Below the pieces are notes generated by a model, which was not told the DNA's origin, did not search any database, and saw only the letters and a program-made list of their open reading frames with translations. Both the position numbers and the translations under genes were made by a program. Below are positions 26,653-36,075 of a stretch of DNA of 64,000 nt, in pieces (position 1 is the stretch's first letter; each line of letters starts with the position of its first letter). This DNA is from Escherichia phage pEC-M2929-1AR.1, in sequence record OP177727.1. One strand, written 5' to 3'.

Positions 26653-27638
26653 AATACTTAGTAACAGGTGGTTTAGGCTTTATTGGAAGTGCAGTAGTTC
26701 GTTTCCTGGCTAAAAATACTAAGAATGATATTTACGTTATAGATAAATGGGGTTACGCTTCAGACCCTAGAAATTTATCAGAAACACCTAATGTAAAGTT
26801 TTGTCGTGTTGACTTGACAAATGCTCAGTTAACTGCTAAGATTGTGGCAGATGTTAATCCAGATTATATAATGCATCTTGCAGCAGAAAGTCACGTAGAT
26901 AATTCAATAGCATCACCGAGTGTTTTTATAAATTCAAATATTGTTGGAACATTTAATCTTCTAGAAGCTGTTCGTTTAATGGGAGATAAATCAAATCTTA
27001 AAATGTTTCATCATATTTCAACAGATGAAGTGTATGGTGATATGGAAGAAGGGGATTATCCGTTTACAGAACAGAATCCTTATAAACCAAGTAGTCCATA
27101 TGCTGCATCTAAAGCTGCAAGCGATCATTTGGTAAGAGCGTGGCATCGTACTTATGGTATTCCGACAGTTATAACAAATTGTTCAAATAATTTTGGAGCA
27201 TATCATCATCCAGAAAAACTAATACCTAAAACGATAACAAATATCTTGATGCATAAACCAATCCCTGTTTATGGTAATGGTCTTCAAGTAAGAGACTGGT
27301 TATACGTTGACGATCACGCAGAAGCATTACACCTAGTAGTAACTAAAGGCAAATCTGGAGAAACATATAATATTGGGAGCAGAAACCCTAGAACTAATAT
27401 TGATGTAATCTATATGATTTGTGATTATATGGATGCGGTGTATCCATCTGAAACAGATGCTTGTAGCCTCATTGAGATGGTTACAGATAGACCTGGGCAT
27501 GATTTAAGATACGAAGTGAATCCTTATAAGATTGAAAAGGAATTAGGGTGGAAAGCTAAAGGCACATTTGAAGAAAAACTTTATTCAACCATTGATTGGT
27601 ATGTAGATAACAAAGAGTGGTGGGAAAATAAAGTTTAA
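26649..27638 (+). CDS. rmlB: dTDP-glucose 4,6-dehydratase
   Basis: N-terminal [14 protein letters not shown]-binding motif, catalytic YAASKAASD (YxxxK), about 329 aa. Confidence 0.85.
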   Translation: MKYLVTGGLGFIGSAVVRFLAKNTKNDIYVIDKWGYASDPRNLSETPNVKFCRVDLTNAQLTAKIVADVNPDYIMHLAAESHVDNSIASPSVFINSNIVGTFNLLEAVRLMGDKSNLKMFHHISTDEVYGDMEEGDYPFTEQNPYKPSSPYAASKAASDHLVRAWHRTYGIPTVITNCSNNFGAYHHPEKLIPKTITNILMHKPIPVYGNGLQVRDWLYVDDHAEALHLVVTKGKSGETYNIGSRNPRTNIDVIYMICDYMDAVYPSETDACSLIEMVTDRPGHDLRYEVNPYKIEKELGWKAKGTFEEKLYSTIDWYVDNKEWWENKV

Positions 27639-27646
27639 GGAGGAGT

Positions 27647-28516
27647 ATGAAAGGTATTATCTTAGCAGGTGGTAGTGGAACAAGACTTTACCCAGTTACT
27701 AAAGGGGTTAGTAAACAACTATTACCAATTTACGATAAGCCTATGATTTATTATCCACTCTCTGTCCTAATGCTTTCTGGAATTAGGGAAATACTAATAA
27801 TTACAACACCAGAAGATCAAATTAATTTTGTAAATCTTCTAGGTGATGGTTCTTCTTTTGGTATTTCCCTACAGTATGCAATACAAGAAAGCCCGAAAGG
27901 TTTAGCAGAAGCGTTTATTATTGGTGAGAGCTTTATTGGCGAAGATTCTGTAGCACTTGTGCTAGGTGATAATTTATTCTTTGGTCAGAGTTTTGGTAGC
28001 ATTTTAGATTCTGCTAAAGAATATATTGAAAAGAATGGTGGAGCTAATATTTTTGGGTATCACGTAAATGATCCTGAAAGATTTGGTGTTGTTGAGTTTG
28101 ATTCTGAAGGTACAGTGGTGAGTATTGAAGAAAAACCAAAAGCACCAAAAAGCAACTACGCAATCACAGGCTTGTACTTTTACGATAATTCTGTTATACA
28201 GAAAGCTAAGAGCGTTAAACCTTCTGCTAGAGGGGAGTTAGAGATTACAGATATAAATGAGATGTACTGGAAAGAAAAGACTTTACGTGTCTGTAAACTA
28301 GGAAGAGGTTTCACTTGGCTGGATACAGGAACACATGAAAGTCTTATGGAAGCATCTCAATTTGTTCATGCAATAGAAAAGCAACAAGGTATGAAGGTTG
28401 CATGCCTAGAAGAGATTGCTTTTAAAAATGAATGGATTACTTTAGACTCTGTAAAAAGTTCTGGAGAGGTTTTAAGTAAAACAGACTACGGTAAGTATTT
28501 ACTTAAATTAAAATAA
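27647..28516 (+). CDS. rmlA: glucose-1-phosphate thymidylyltransferase
   Basis: [18 protein letters not shown] nucleotidyltransferase signature, 289 aa. Confidence 0.9.
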   Translation: MKGIILAGGSGTRLYPVTKGVSKQLLPIYDKPMIYYPLSVLMLSGIREILIITTPEDQINFVNLLGDGSSFGISLQYAIQESPKGLAEAFIIGESFIGEDSVALVLGDNLFFGQSFGSILDSAKEYIEKNGGANIFGYHVNDPERFGVVEFDSEGTVVSIEEKPKAPKSNYAITGLYFYDNSVIQKAKSVKPSARGELEITDINEMYWKEKTLRVCKLGRGFTWLDTGTHESLMEASQFVHAIEKQQGMKVACLEEIAFKNEWITLDSVKSSGEVLSKTDYGKYLLKLK

Positions 28517-28528
28517 AGGGGGAATTAA

Positions 28529-29083
28529 ATGATTCAAGCAACAAAAATCGAAGATTTGTTGATCATTCAACCTGACGTTTACGGAGATGAACGTGGCTTT
28601 TTCTTAGAAAGTTTTAATCAGGCTTTATATGATCAATACATAGGTAAACAAAACTTTGTCCAGGATAACCACTCACGTTCTATTCGAGGAGTTCTACGTG
28701 GGCTTCATTTTCAAAAGAAAAACCCACAAGGGAAGTTAGTACGTTGTGTTCGTGGTGAAGTTTATGATGTTGCTGTAGATATTAGGGTTGGTAGTCCGAC
28801 ATTTGGAGAATGGGTAGGTGTTCTTTTATCTGAAAAGAATAAAACACAATTTTGGATTCCTCCTGGTTTCGCTCATGGCTTTGTTGTGATTAGCGACATT
28901 GCTGATTTTGAATATAAATGTACAGAATATTACGATCCGACTTCAGAGTGTAGTCTTGCGTGGAATGATCCAGATATCAATATAGATTGGGGTTTTGATT
29001 TAATCTTTAATGATATTAATTTTAAACCTATCTTGTCACAAAAAGATCAGCAAGCCAAAACACTAAAGGAGATCATATTTTGA
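28529..29083 (+). CDS. rmlC: dTDP-4-dehydrorhamnose 3,5-epimerase
   Basis: Cupin-fold epimerase with RGLHFQ signature, 184 aa. Confidence 0.85.
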   Translation: MIQATKIEDLLIIQPDVYGDERGFFLESFNQALYDQYIGKQNFVQDNHSRSIRGVLRGLHFQKKNPQGKLVRCVRGEVYDVAVDIRVGSPTFGEWVGVLLSEKNKTQFWIPPGFAHGFVVISDIADFEYKCTEYYDPTSECSLAWNDPDINIDWGFDLIFNDINFKPILSQKDQQAKTLKEIIF

Positions 29084-29910
29084 CAAAATTTTTAATCTTT
29101 GGTTCAAAAGGTCAATTAGGACAGTCTTTGGCAAAAGTTGCGCCCGAAGATGTTATTTTGATTGAAGCAAGTGATATAGACATTACCAACTTTAAAGATG
29201 TTATGAATAGTCTTGTACAGCACGTGCCTGATGTTGTTGTGAATTGTGCAGCTTACACGGCAGTAGATAAAGCTGAAGAAGATGTTAACACTTGTATAAA
29301 TGTTAATGCATACGGCGCAACAAACATTGCCAAAGCATGTAATGATTTACTGATACAGTTTGTACATATTTCAACAGACTATGTTTTTGATGGGCATGTT
29401 GCTGGCACAGAAGAGAGTAAAACAAACCCCTTGAACACCTACGGTTACAGTAAACAATTAGGTGAAACTTTAGTACAAGCAGTTTGTCCTACAGCACTTA
29501 TTATCAGAACAGCTTCTGTTTATAGTGAATTTGGACATAACTTTTTGAAAACTATGTTGGAACGCTACAACGGTGGTCAAAAAGAATTTAATGTAGTATG
29601 TGATCATTTGTCATGTCCTACTTATGCACCTGATCTTGCAGAAACAATTTTTAAACTTGTAAAAGATGGTGTAAATAGTAAAATTGTACACTATGCAGGT
29701 GCAGATTATATTTCTTGGTATGATTTTGCACGTAAGATATTTCTTGTTATAGATTTATCTGTTACAGTTAATCCTGTATCTGCTTCAACCTATAATTCTA
29801 AAGCAGTCAGACCAGCAACATCTTATTTAAAAACAGATCCTACTTTAAATCCGCGAAGTGTTGATAGCGGTATTGTAAGAACTTTAACTATACTTTTAAA
29901 CAAGGAGTGA
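29080..29910 (+). CDS. rmlD: dTDP-4-dehydrorhamnose reductase
   Basis: Short-chain reductase fold, FGSKGQLG N-terminus and YGYSK (YxxxK) catalytic motif; completes rmlBACD. Confidence 0.75.
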   Translation: MTKFLIFGSKGQLGQSLAKVAPEDVILIEASDIDITNFKDVMNSLVQHVPDVVVNCAAYTAVDKAEEDVNTCINVNAYGATNIAKACNDLLIQFVHISTDYVFDGHVAGTEESKTNPLNTYGYSKQLGETLVQAVCPTALIIRTASVYSEFGHNFLKTMLERYNGGQKEFNVVCDHLSCPTYAPDLAETIFKLVKDGVNSKIVHYAGADYISWYDFARKIFLVIDLSVTVNPVSASTYNSKAVRPATSYLKTDPTLNPRSVDSGIVRTLTILLNKE

Positions 29911-30173
29911 AAATGAATTTTATTATCTACGGTAAACCAAATTGTCCTTTCTGCACTAACGCTAAGATTCTACTAGAACAGCGTGAACAGGATTTTAAAT
30001 ATCTTACCTTAGATGAAGACTATTCTTTAGATCAGATTCAGAATCTGGTTTTAGAGAAAACAGGTGTTCTACCACGCACATTCCCTCAGATTTTTGTGGA
30101 AGATGGTGAACAGCTAACCCACGTAGGAGGTTTTTCTGAACTACGTGAATTCATGGCTCAGATTGCGGAGTAA
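29907..30173 (+). CDS. glutaredoxin (NrdH-like redoxin)
   Basis: 88 aa with CPFC active site near N-terminus. Confidence 0.75.
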   Translation: MKMNFIIYGKPNCPFCTNAKILLEQREQDFKYLTLDEDYSLDQIQNLVLEKTGVLPRTFPQIFVEDGEQLTHVGGFSELREFMAQIAE

Positions 30174-30176
30174 CAA

Positions 30177-30320
30177 TATGAAAGGTAAACAGAAACGTAA
30201 GATCTTTTCTCGTGCTTTGGCAACAGAGCTTAAGTCCCAAACTAAAAAGACGAAGCCTAAACGTGAAATGTCTCCTGAACACCTACTGTTTCAAGAGCTA
30301 GATCATGGGGAGGGCGACTA
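30177..30320 (+). CDS. small basic protein (about 47 aa)
   Basis: Hand-translated MKGKQKRKIFSRALATELKSQTKKTKPKREMSPEH...; GGAG upstream; below track cutoff. Confidence 0.35.
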
Positions 30321-30333
30321 ATATAAGGAAAAC

Positions 30334-30834
30334 ATGGCTAAAGTAGTTGATGTGTTTGATATGTTACGTTTTGATGAAGGACTAAAGCTAACTGTATATC
30401 CTGATACCGAAGGATATTGGACAGTTGGTATTGGACACCTTCTGACAAAACTCAAAGATAAAGCAGAAGCTATACGCATTCTTGATAACTTAGTAGGTAG
30501 AAAAACCAATGGAGTTATTACCGAAGCGGAAGCTAGAAGAATCTTTGAGAGTGACGTAAAGAAAGCGATACAACAAATCCATTCAAGTACCATACTATCT
30601 CCTATTTACGATAAAGTAAGTCCTAATCGTAAAATGGCTATTATTAATATGGTATTTCAAATGGGCTTGAAAGGTGCAGAATCTTTCAAAAATAGCTTGA
30701 CTTTAGTGAGTAATTCATATTATACTCAAGCCTCTATAAATTTACGTAAAAGTAAATGGTATCGCCAAACGCCTAATCGCGCAGAGCGTGTAATTCAGGT
30801 GCTTAAAACTGGAACATTAGACGCTTATAACTAA
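30334..30834 (+). CDS. e: T4-type lysozyme (endolysin, glycoside hydrolase family 24)
   Basis: N-terminus FDMLRFDEGLKLTVYPDTEGYWTVGIGH closely parallels T4 lysozyme ([28 protein letters not shown]). Confidence 0.9.
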   Translation: MAKVVDVFDMLRFDEGLKLTVYPDTEGYWTVGIGHLLTKLKDKAEAIRILDNLVGRKTNGVITEAEARRIFESDVKKAIQQIHSSTILSPIYDKVSPNRKMAIINMVFQMGLKGAESFKNSLTLVSNSYYTQASINLRKSKWYRQTPNRAERVIQVLKTGTLDAYN

Positions 30835-30835
30835 A

Positions 30836-30860
30836 CAAAGGGGCGAAAGCCCCTTTTATA
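30836..30860 (+). terminator. intrinsic terminator (AAAGGGGCGAAAGCCCCTTTT)
   Basis: GC stem, GAAA loop, T-run directly after lysozyme stop. Confidence 0.65.
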
Positions 30861-30872
30861 AGGAGTGCAAAC

Positions 30873-31625
30873 ATGGGAAATAAAACCGCAAAGGCTCGTC
30901 GTCAATCAGCAGCCAATGATGACAAACGTGCCAGTCGTTATGCGGCTAAAGCAGTAGGAAATGATGATTACCGTCTTGATGAATTTACCCCTGTTGGGAA
31001 TCAAGAAGCTATTGTAAGAAGCATGGTTTGGAATGATTTAACCATTGTTAATGCCCCAGCAGGAACAGGAAAAACGACAACAGCACTATGGAAAGCATTG
31101 CAAATGCTTAAAGCTGGTGACTTCAGAAAGTTGATTTTCCTTAAAAACCCGACAGAAGTAGGTGATGACCAAATTGGTTTCTTATCTGGAGATAAGACTG
31201 ATAAACTAGCAGCACACTACGAGTCAACTAAAAGAATTTTCCAACAGTTTATGACTGCAAATAAATTGGAAAACGATATTGCAAGTGGCAAAATTGAACT
31301 TAATATTCCGAACTATGCACTAGGTGCTACGTGGGATAACAGCATTATTCTTATTGATGAAGTTCAACTTATGTCACCAAACACAGTAAAACTTCTCCTT
31401 GAGCGAGCAGGTCTTAATACACGTATTGTCATTATGGGCGATGTTAATCAAACATATGCAATTAAACGAAGAGCTAACGGGTTAGGTGATTTGTTAGATC
31501 GTGTTGTTCCTATTAACGAAGAAGGAGAAAGGGAAGCTATTGTAGATTTTATTGGTTATGTTGAAATGACAACTGCTGATAACCAACGTTCCCGTTTGTC
31601 TCAGTTCATCACGGAAGTATATTAA
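30873..31625 (+). CDS. phoH: PhoH-like ATPase
   Basis: Walker A VNAPAGTGKTT and PhoH-like length (250 aa). Confidence 0.8.
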   Translation: MGNKTAKARRQSAANDDKRASRYAAKAVGNDDYRLDEFTPVGNQEAIVRSMVWNDLTIVNAPAGTGKTTTALWKALQMLKAGDFRKLIFLKNPTEVGDDQIGFLSGDKTDKLAAHYESTKRIFQQFMTANKLENDIASGKIELNIPNYALGATWDNSIILIDEVQLMSPNTVKLLLERAGLNTRIVIMGDVNQTYAIKRRANGLGDLLDRVVPINEEGEREAIVDFIGYVEMTTADNQRSRLSQFITEVY

Positions 31626-31661
31626 TAATTACAAGGCAAGGATGCCTGTTATGGAGGTTAA

Positions 31662-32156
31662 ATGACGCTAATTGAGATTGATCGCAATGGTATTGATGAA
31701 TGCTATCAAGCTGGCTTAGTTAAGCCGAATGAGTTTAGACAGATTTATATTGACAAGATTGAAAAAGAAATATCTCTTCGTTTAGAGAACATGACAACTT
31801 TGCAAAAAGTTCAGATGTTTTTTAGTTGGTTAAAAGGAGAGGATTGGCTAACTAAATATTACCAGGAATTATCTGATAGTCAAGAAGGCTTGTTTGAGTG
31901 TATAATAAATGTAGCTGGGTCTAATTCAGAATTACTCCTGATTGATGAAGAAGATTCTAAACTTCTTTTTCTTAGCAGTATCTTTCACAAGAAATCTATG
32001 TTAGTAAGAAATTGCAGTGATTTACTAAATCATCCACTAACAAGAACCAATAAAATTCTTGTGGATAAAGAAACACTAAGAGCTATTGATTACCTACGTA
32101 AGTATGTAAGCGGTGGTAAAGCAGTCCTTAAAACACTACAGGAGGAAGTACAATGA
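31662..32156 (+). CDS. hypothetical protein (164 aa)
   Basis: ORF track; GGAGG RBS. Confidence 0.5.
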   Translation: MTLIEIDRNGIDECYQAGLVKPNEFRQIYIDKIEKEISLRLENMTTLQKVQMFFSWLKGEDWLTKYYQELSDSQEGLFECIINVAGSNSELLLIDEEDSKLLFLSSIFHKKSMLVRNCSDLLNHPLTRTNKILVDKETLRAIDYLRKYVSGGKAVLKTLQEEVQ

Positions 32157-32806
32157 CAACAATTATTGCAACACATAACAAAATTCTATCTGACGGTAAA
32201 GTAACAGTAGGTAATCGAGTAGACACTTTAAATTTCAAGAAAGTGCGTAAAATTGGGGATTACCTTGTTGGTGGTGCAGGACGTCTGTCTTCTATCCTGA
32301 CTTTCTTTTCTTGGTTCGAACAAAACTTACAGTGCCAGGCAGCACAAGAGACAATCCCAGGTTTGGTGATCCAGTCAGATCCTGATAAAGAAGATGAAGA
32401 GTTTGTGGCATTGGTTGTTCACCCAGACGGTAAAATTTATATGCACGAGGGTAATAATCCAACGCGAGCATATCCTTTAACTGAAGATTACTATGCTGTT
32501 GGTAGTGGGGCAGATTTTGCTTTAGCAGCTTTAGACGCTGGGGCAACCCCAGAAGAAGCGATGGAAGTTGCAAAACTACGAGATGCTTTTTCAGGCGGTG
32601 AAACTTTTGTCGAAGAGATCGAAGAACAACTGGAGCTAACAGCGGAAGATATTCTGAACTTCAGCAAGGAGCAACTAATTAGTATGCTGTTGACTGGTGA
32701 TCCTGATAGTGATGAAGCTGAAAGTATTTTAGCAGAGATGAAAGAATCACAAGAAAAAGTATTGACAGTCTCTGAAAAACTTGATAAAGTATCCTCTGAT
32801 AATTAA
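32153..32806 (+). CDS. HslV-like Ntn-hydrolase peptidase with acidic C-terminal extension
   Basis: MTTIIA (Thr right after Met), GGAGRLSSILTFFSWFE and AVGSGADFALAAL blocks parallel E. coli HslV (TTIVSV..., AGFAGGTADAFTLFELFE, AIGSGGPYAQAAA). Confidence 0.55.
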   Translation: MTTIIATHNKILSDGKVTVGNRVDTLNFKKVRKIGDYLVGGAGRLSSILTFFSWFEQNLQCQAAQETIPGLVIQSDPDKEDEEFVALVVHPDGKIYMHEGNNPTRAYPLTEDYYAVGSGADFALAALDAGATPEEAMEVAKLRDAFSGGETFVEEIEEQLELTAEDILNFSKEQLISMLLTGDPDSDEAESILAEMKESQEKVLTVSEKLDKVSSDN

Positions 32807-32814
32807 TCTAACAT

Positions 32815-32838
32815 AAACCCCCTCACGGGGGTTATTAG
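32815..32838 (+). terminator. terminator-like hairpin (ACCCCCTCACGGGGGTT)
   Basis: GC stem-loop after stop of upstream gene followed by T-containing tract and RBS of next gene. Confidence 0.4.
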
Positions 32839-32846
32839 GAGGAGAT

Positions 32847-33275
32847 ATGTTACCAGTACCTGTAATCTTTGTAGAAAAAGCCTACTACTCTTTAGAACAA
32901 AACTGTAAAAGGGCTAAAAATTTTATTGAAAGTTTAGCAGAACAGCGTTACACTGTATCTAAAAAGAGATGGTTCAGAACTTCACAATATTTAGTCAACC
33001 CTTTCGGAGAAGTTCGTGTGTTGTACGGCAACACAGAAAATATCTTAGAAAGAATGTTAGAACTAGATAGGATCTCCTCCTGTGATTATCAACTGTTGAA
33101 ATTTTACGATGTGTCAGAAAACGTTAAAAACTTTCTTGACGACTTATGTAAACGAAAAACAGAAGAAGATACAATACCAGTATCTATGGAAGAATTAACG
33201 TTCTTAAGAGATATTATGGTTTTTGAAGAAAACCCTGAAATCACAAAAGAGGAGATTTTAAGTAGTGGCAAATAA
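32847..33275 (+). CDS. hypothetical protein (142 aa)
   Basis: ORF track; AGGAGGAG RBS. Confidence 0.5.
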   Translation: MLPVPVIFVEKAYYSLEQNCKRAKNFIESLAEQRYTVSKKRWFRTSQYLVNPFGEVRVLYGNTENILERMLELDRISSCDYQLLKFYDVSENVKNFLDDLCKRKTEEDTIPVSMEELTFLRDIMVFEENPEITKEEILSSGK

Positions 33276-33774
33276 GTATGATCGTCCACCAACTGATTAC
33301 TATCCTACTCCACAAAAATGTATAAATGCATTATTTAGTGTAATAGATTTTAATAACCTTAAAGAAGAAGGTTTTATTTTTGCAGAACCGTGTAAAGGTG
33401 CTGCTGCTGCAATTTATCAACATTTTCCAGAAGGATCAGAATATTGTGAGTTAGAAGAAGGGAAGGATTATTTTAACCACGAATGGCATACTAAGCCGGA
33501 TATTATAATCACAAATCCACCATTCAGACTTGCACTTGAGTTCTTGCAAAAGAGCTTAAAAGAAGCAGACGTTTGCATATACTTGTTGCGTCTTGGGTTC
33601 CTAGAGTCTATTAAACGAAGGGAATTCCATAAACAGAACCCACCAACAAATTTGATTGTTCTTTCTGAACGACCATCTTTTGTTGCAGGTGGTACTGACA
33701 AGACAGCATATGCTTGGTACGTCTACGACCCAAAAAACAGGCTGGGTTTAACTCAACCTTTCTATTTTGTTTAA
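33265..33774 (+). CDS. small DNA N6-adenine methyltransferase-like protein
   Basis: FAEPCKGAAAA (SAM-binding motif I-like) followed by IIITNPPF (motif IV NPPF). Confidence 0.5.
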   Translation: MANKYDRPPTDYYPTPQKCINALFSVIDFNNLKEEGFIFAEPCKGAAAAIYQHFPEGSEYCELEEGKDYFNHEWHTKPDIIITNPPFRLALEFLQKSLKEADVCIYLLRLGFLESIKRREFHKQNPPTNLIVLSERPSFVAGGTDKTAYAWYVYDPKNRLGLTQPFYFV

Positions 33775-33787
33775 GAGGAGCATTTTT

Positions 33788-34018
33788 ATGACCGAGAAAT
33801 TTATTGTTACTATGGAACTCACCTTTGATGAAGAAGATTTTGATCTTCATGTATCAACTAAAGCAGATAACATTCACACAACACAGAGTGTTGCAATCGC
33901 TATGTTCTTTAAGCAAGCAATTGCAAAACAAGCTGAAGTGTGTGCTGGTTTAGCTGTAGAGTACGCAGAAGTTGTCAAGGTTCTTGAAAGTGCTCGAAAC
34001 AACGATTGGGATGAATAA
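33788..34018 (+). CDS. hypothetical protein
   Basis: Track ORF 33767-34018 trimmed to ATG at 33788 after AAGAGGAG. Confidence 0.45.
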   Translation: MTEKFIVTMELTFDEEDFDLHVSTKADNIHTTQSVAIAMFFKQAIAKQAEVCAGLAVEYAEVVKVLESARNNDWDE

Positions 34019-34221
34019 TGGCATACAATTACTATCTGGTATATTTTAACGAAACTAAGAAAAAAGACACAGGAACTAATGTTTATGCGGAATCCGAAGA
34101 ACACGCAAAAGCTATTGGTTCAGTGCTTCTTTCTAGAATAGCAGGTGAAGAAATTCCTGTAGAGGCTATCTTTGCAGAAGTTGACCCTGATATTCAAGAA
34201 GATGATATTACCACTACTTAA
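34018..34221 (+). CDS. hypothetical protein (67 aa)
   Basis: ORF track; ATG overlaps upstream stop. Confidence 0.45.
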   Translation: MAYNYYLVYFNETKKKDTGTNVYAESEEHAKAIGSVLLSRIAGEEIPVEAIFAEVDPDIQEDDITTT

Positions 34222-34278
34222 CTGTTGACTTTAACATTGAGGTAGTGCATACTTCCTGCAACAGAACAGGAGGGTATT

Positions 34279-34941
34279 ATGAAGTTTGTACTGTATCATC
34301 GACTTTCTAAGAAGAAACAACAAGGCAACCAGTATGGTATAGAGTCACAGGAAGCAGATATCCAACGCTTCCTGGATTCACAAGAAAATTATACTATTGT
34401 AGGTAGCTTTGCAGAGTTTTATTCTGGTAAAGGCGATTGGAAGCAACGTAGAGAGCTTGTAAAAGCTGTTAATCTTTGCAAAGAAACAGGTGCTACACTT
34501 GTTGTTGCTAAGGTTGACCGTCTGGGACGTAACACAGCTTCTGTTGCAACCTTGTTAGAGATGATTAATGTACGGATAGCCACTATGCCCTCCGCTGAAA
34601 ATATGATAATAAATATTTTAGCAGTTCTGGCAGAAGAAGAGGCTCGTGCAATATCTGATCGTGTTAAGAAGAGCCTTAAGGTAGCAAAAGCGAAGGGAAC
34701 GCTTCTTGGTGCAGCAAACCCTAAATACAAAAGAACAGATTATACGAAAACGGAAGAAGCAAAACGCTCAAAAGAGTTTGCACTTTCTTTAAAAGATTCT
34801 TTAGTTGCATACAGAGCTTGTAAAACGCCATATATGACGATTGCAAAGCATCTGAATGAATCAGGAAAGAGAACTATTCGTGGGAGTTTGTTCGATGCCA
34901 AAGCGGTACAACGTCTTTGTGCAAAATTGAATATTAAATAA
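34279..34941 (+). CDS. small serine recombinase (resolvase/invertase family)
   Basis: N-terminal catalytic domain YHRLSKKKQQ (Ser near position 10) and VVAKVDRLGRN; 220 aa. Confidence 0.65.
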   Translation: MKFVLYHRLSKKKQQGNQYGIESQEADIQRFLDSQENYTIVGSFAEFYSGKGDWKQRRELVKAVNLCKETGATLVVAKVDRLGRNTASVATLLEMINVRIATMPSAENMIINILAVLAEEEARAISDRVKKSLKVAKAKGTLLGAANPKYKRTDYTKTEEAKRSKEFALSLKDSLVAYRACKTPYMTIAKHLNESGKRTIRGSLFDAKAVQRLCAKLNIK

Positions 34942-34950
34942 GGAGGAAAC

Positions 34951-35154
34951 ATGGCAGTTCAATCTTTTGAGGAGACTGTTAAAAAACAATTCCTATCGAA
35001 GCGAGCGATGGTTGAATTTTTGCATTTTCTCGAAGTAGATAGGGTACTTATTGAGACTACACCAGATGGTAACTGGCAAGTCTCGTATATTGCCACCAGG
35101 CATATCGTAGACAGTACGAAAGAAGAAAGTTCGGAAGTTACGGTTGCTAGTTAA
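34951..35154 (+). CDS. hypothetical protein (67 aa)
   Basis: ORF track; AAGGAGGAAAC RBS. Confidence 0.5.
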   Translation: MAVQSFEETVKKQFLSKRAMVEFLHFLEVDRVLIETTPDGNWQVSYIATRHIVDSTKEESSEVTVAS

Positions 35155-35165
35155 AGGAGTTAAAT

Positions 35166-35738
35166 ATGCGTTTAGCTTTTAACGGGAAGATAAGCACAGC
35201 AAACATATTGTCAGCAGTAGGATTATTAGGTAAAAAATTCACACCTTTCAGTTTACCAGTTTGTGTAGATTTTGATCATGTGTTTGATATTAATAATCCT
35301 TCACGTTGTATCGCCAGAAGTAATATTGATAACCCAAGTGAAAATCTGTTTTATATTACTAAACCATCCCAAGCAATTTTGAATCAATGGGAAGCAGGTC
35401 TGATTAAACCAGGTAAATATTTTGCATTACTACCTTGTAAATCATTGGCTATAGAGGACAGTCTAAACTATGCAAACAATCTTGTTGTTACAGCATTCAT
35501 TGTCTCAGAAAAAGAAGAAACTGCGGCACTTGCAAATACTGTTAAATCTTTGTATGATGCTTTGGGTGTTACTTACACTACATTCGTTTGTGAAGATATT
35601 CCACATTGCGTTGAATTTGTAGTAAATGGTGTAACTGTATGTCGTGTAGAAACAACGCAAGATGAGGACGTTTTTATTACTGTAGCCGATGTAATATCTG
35701 AACCTGTGTTTAGTTACGCAGTTTCATTAACACATTAA
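35166..35738 (+). CDS. hypothetical protein (190 aa)
   Basis: ORF track; AAAGGAG RBS. Confidence 0.5.
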   Translation: MRLAFNGKISTANILSAVGLLGKKFTPFSLPVCVDFDHVFDINNPSRCIARSNIDNPSENLFYITKPSQAILNQWEAGLIKPGKYFALLPCKSLAIEDSLNYANNLVVTAFIVSEKEETAALANTVKSLYDALGVTYTTFVCEDIPHCVEFVVNGVTVCRVETTQDEDVFITVADVISEPVFSYAVSLTH

Positions 35739-35748
35739 GGAGAAGGGG

Positions 35749-36075
35749 ATGAAAATAACGACAGAACAGGCTTTAATAGACAAAGGAAGGGAAATCTTAG
35801 AAAGTCATTTGGAGGATATTCAAAGGACTCCAGGGTATCTCGGCTGGCGTATACAAGAAGCCGTCGATTTTCTACCCCGCAAAAATAAAGAGATTGAGGT
35901 AAGATCTCTATTCCTCCTTGTTAAAGTAGATGGTGACGCTATATACAAAGATGTAGCGTCTCACATTGAACAAATAGAAGAAAAAGCCTACAAAGAATTT
36001 GCAGATCTTGTTGTAGAACATAATATAGAAGGTAAAGTTAATATCTTTATACTTATGGATTTTGAGGAGAGTTGA
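35749..36075 (+). CDS. hypothetical protein (108 aa)
   Basis: ORF track; AAGGAGAAGGGG RBS. Confidence 0.5.
   Translation: MKITTEQALIDKGREILESHLEDIQRTPGYLGWRIQEAVDFLPRKNKEIEVRSLFLLVKVDGDAIYKDVASHIEQIEEKAYKEFADLVVEHNIEGKVNIFILMDFEES

Noticed and set aside
34279-34941. Temperate-phage integration module (integrase plus att)
   Set aside because: The recombinase is a small resolvase-type protein with no adjacent attachment-site repeats, repressor or excisionase; the gene content is that of a virulent phage.
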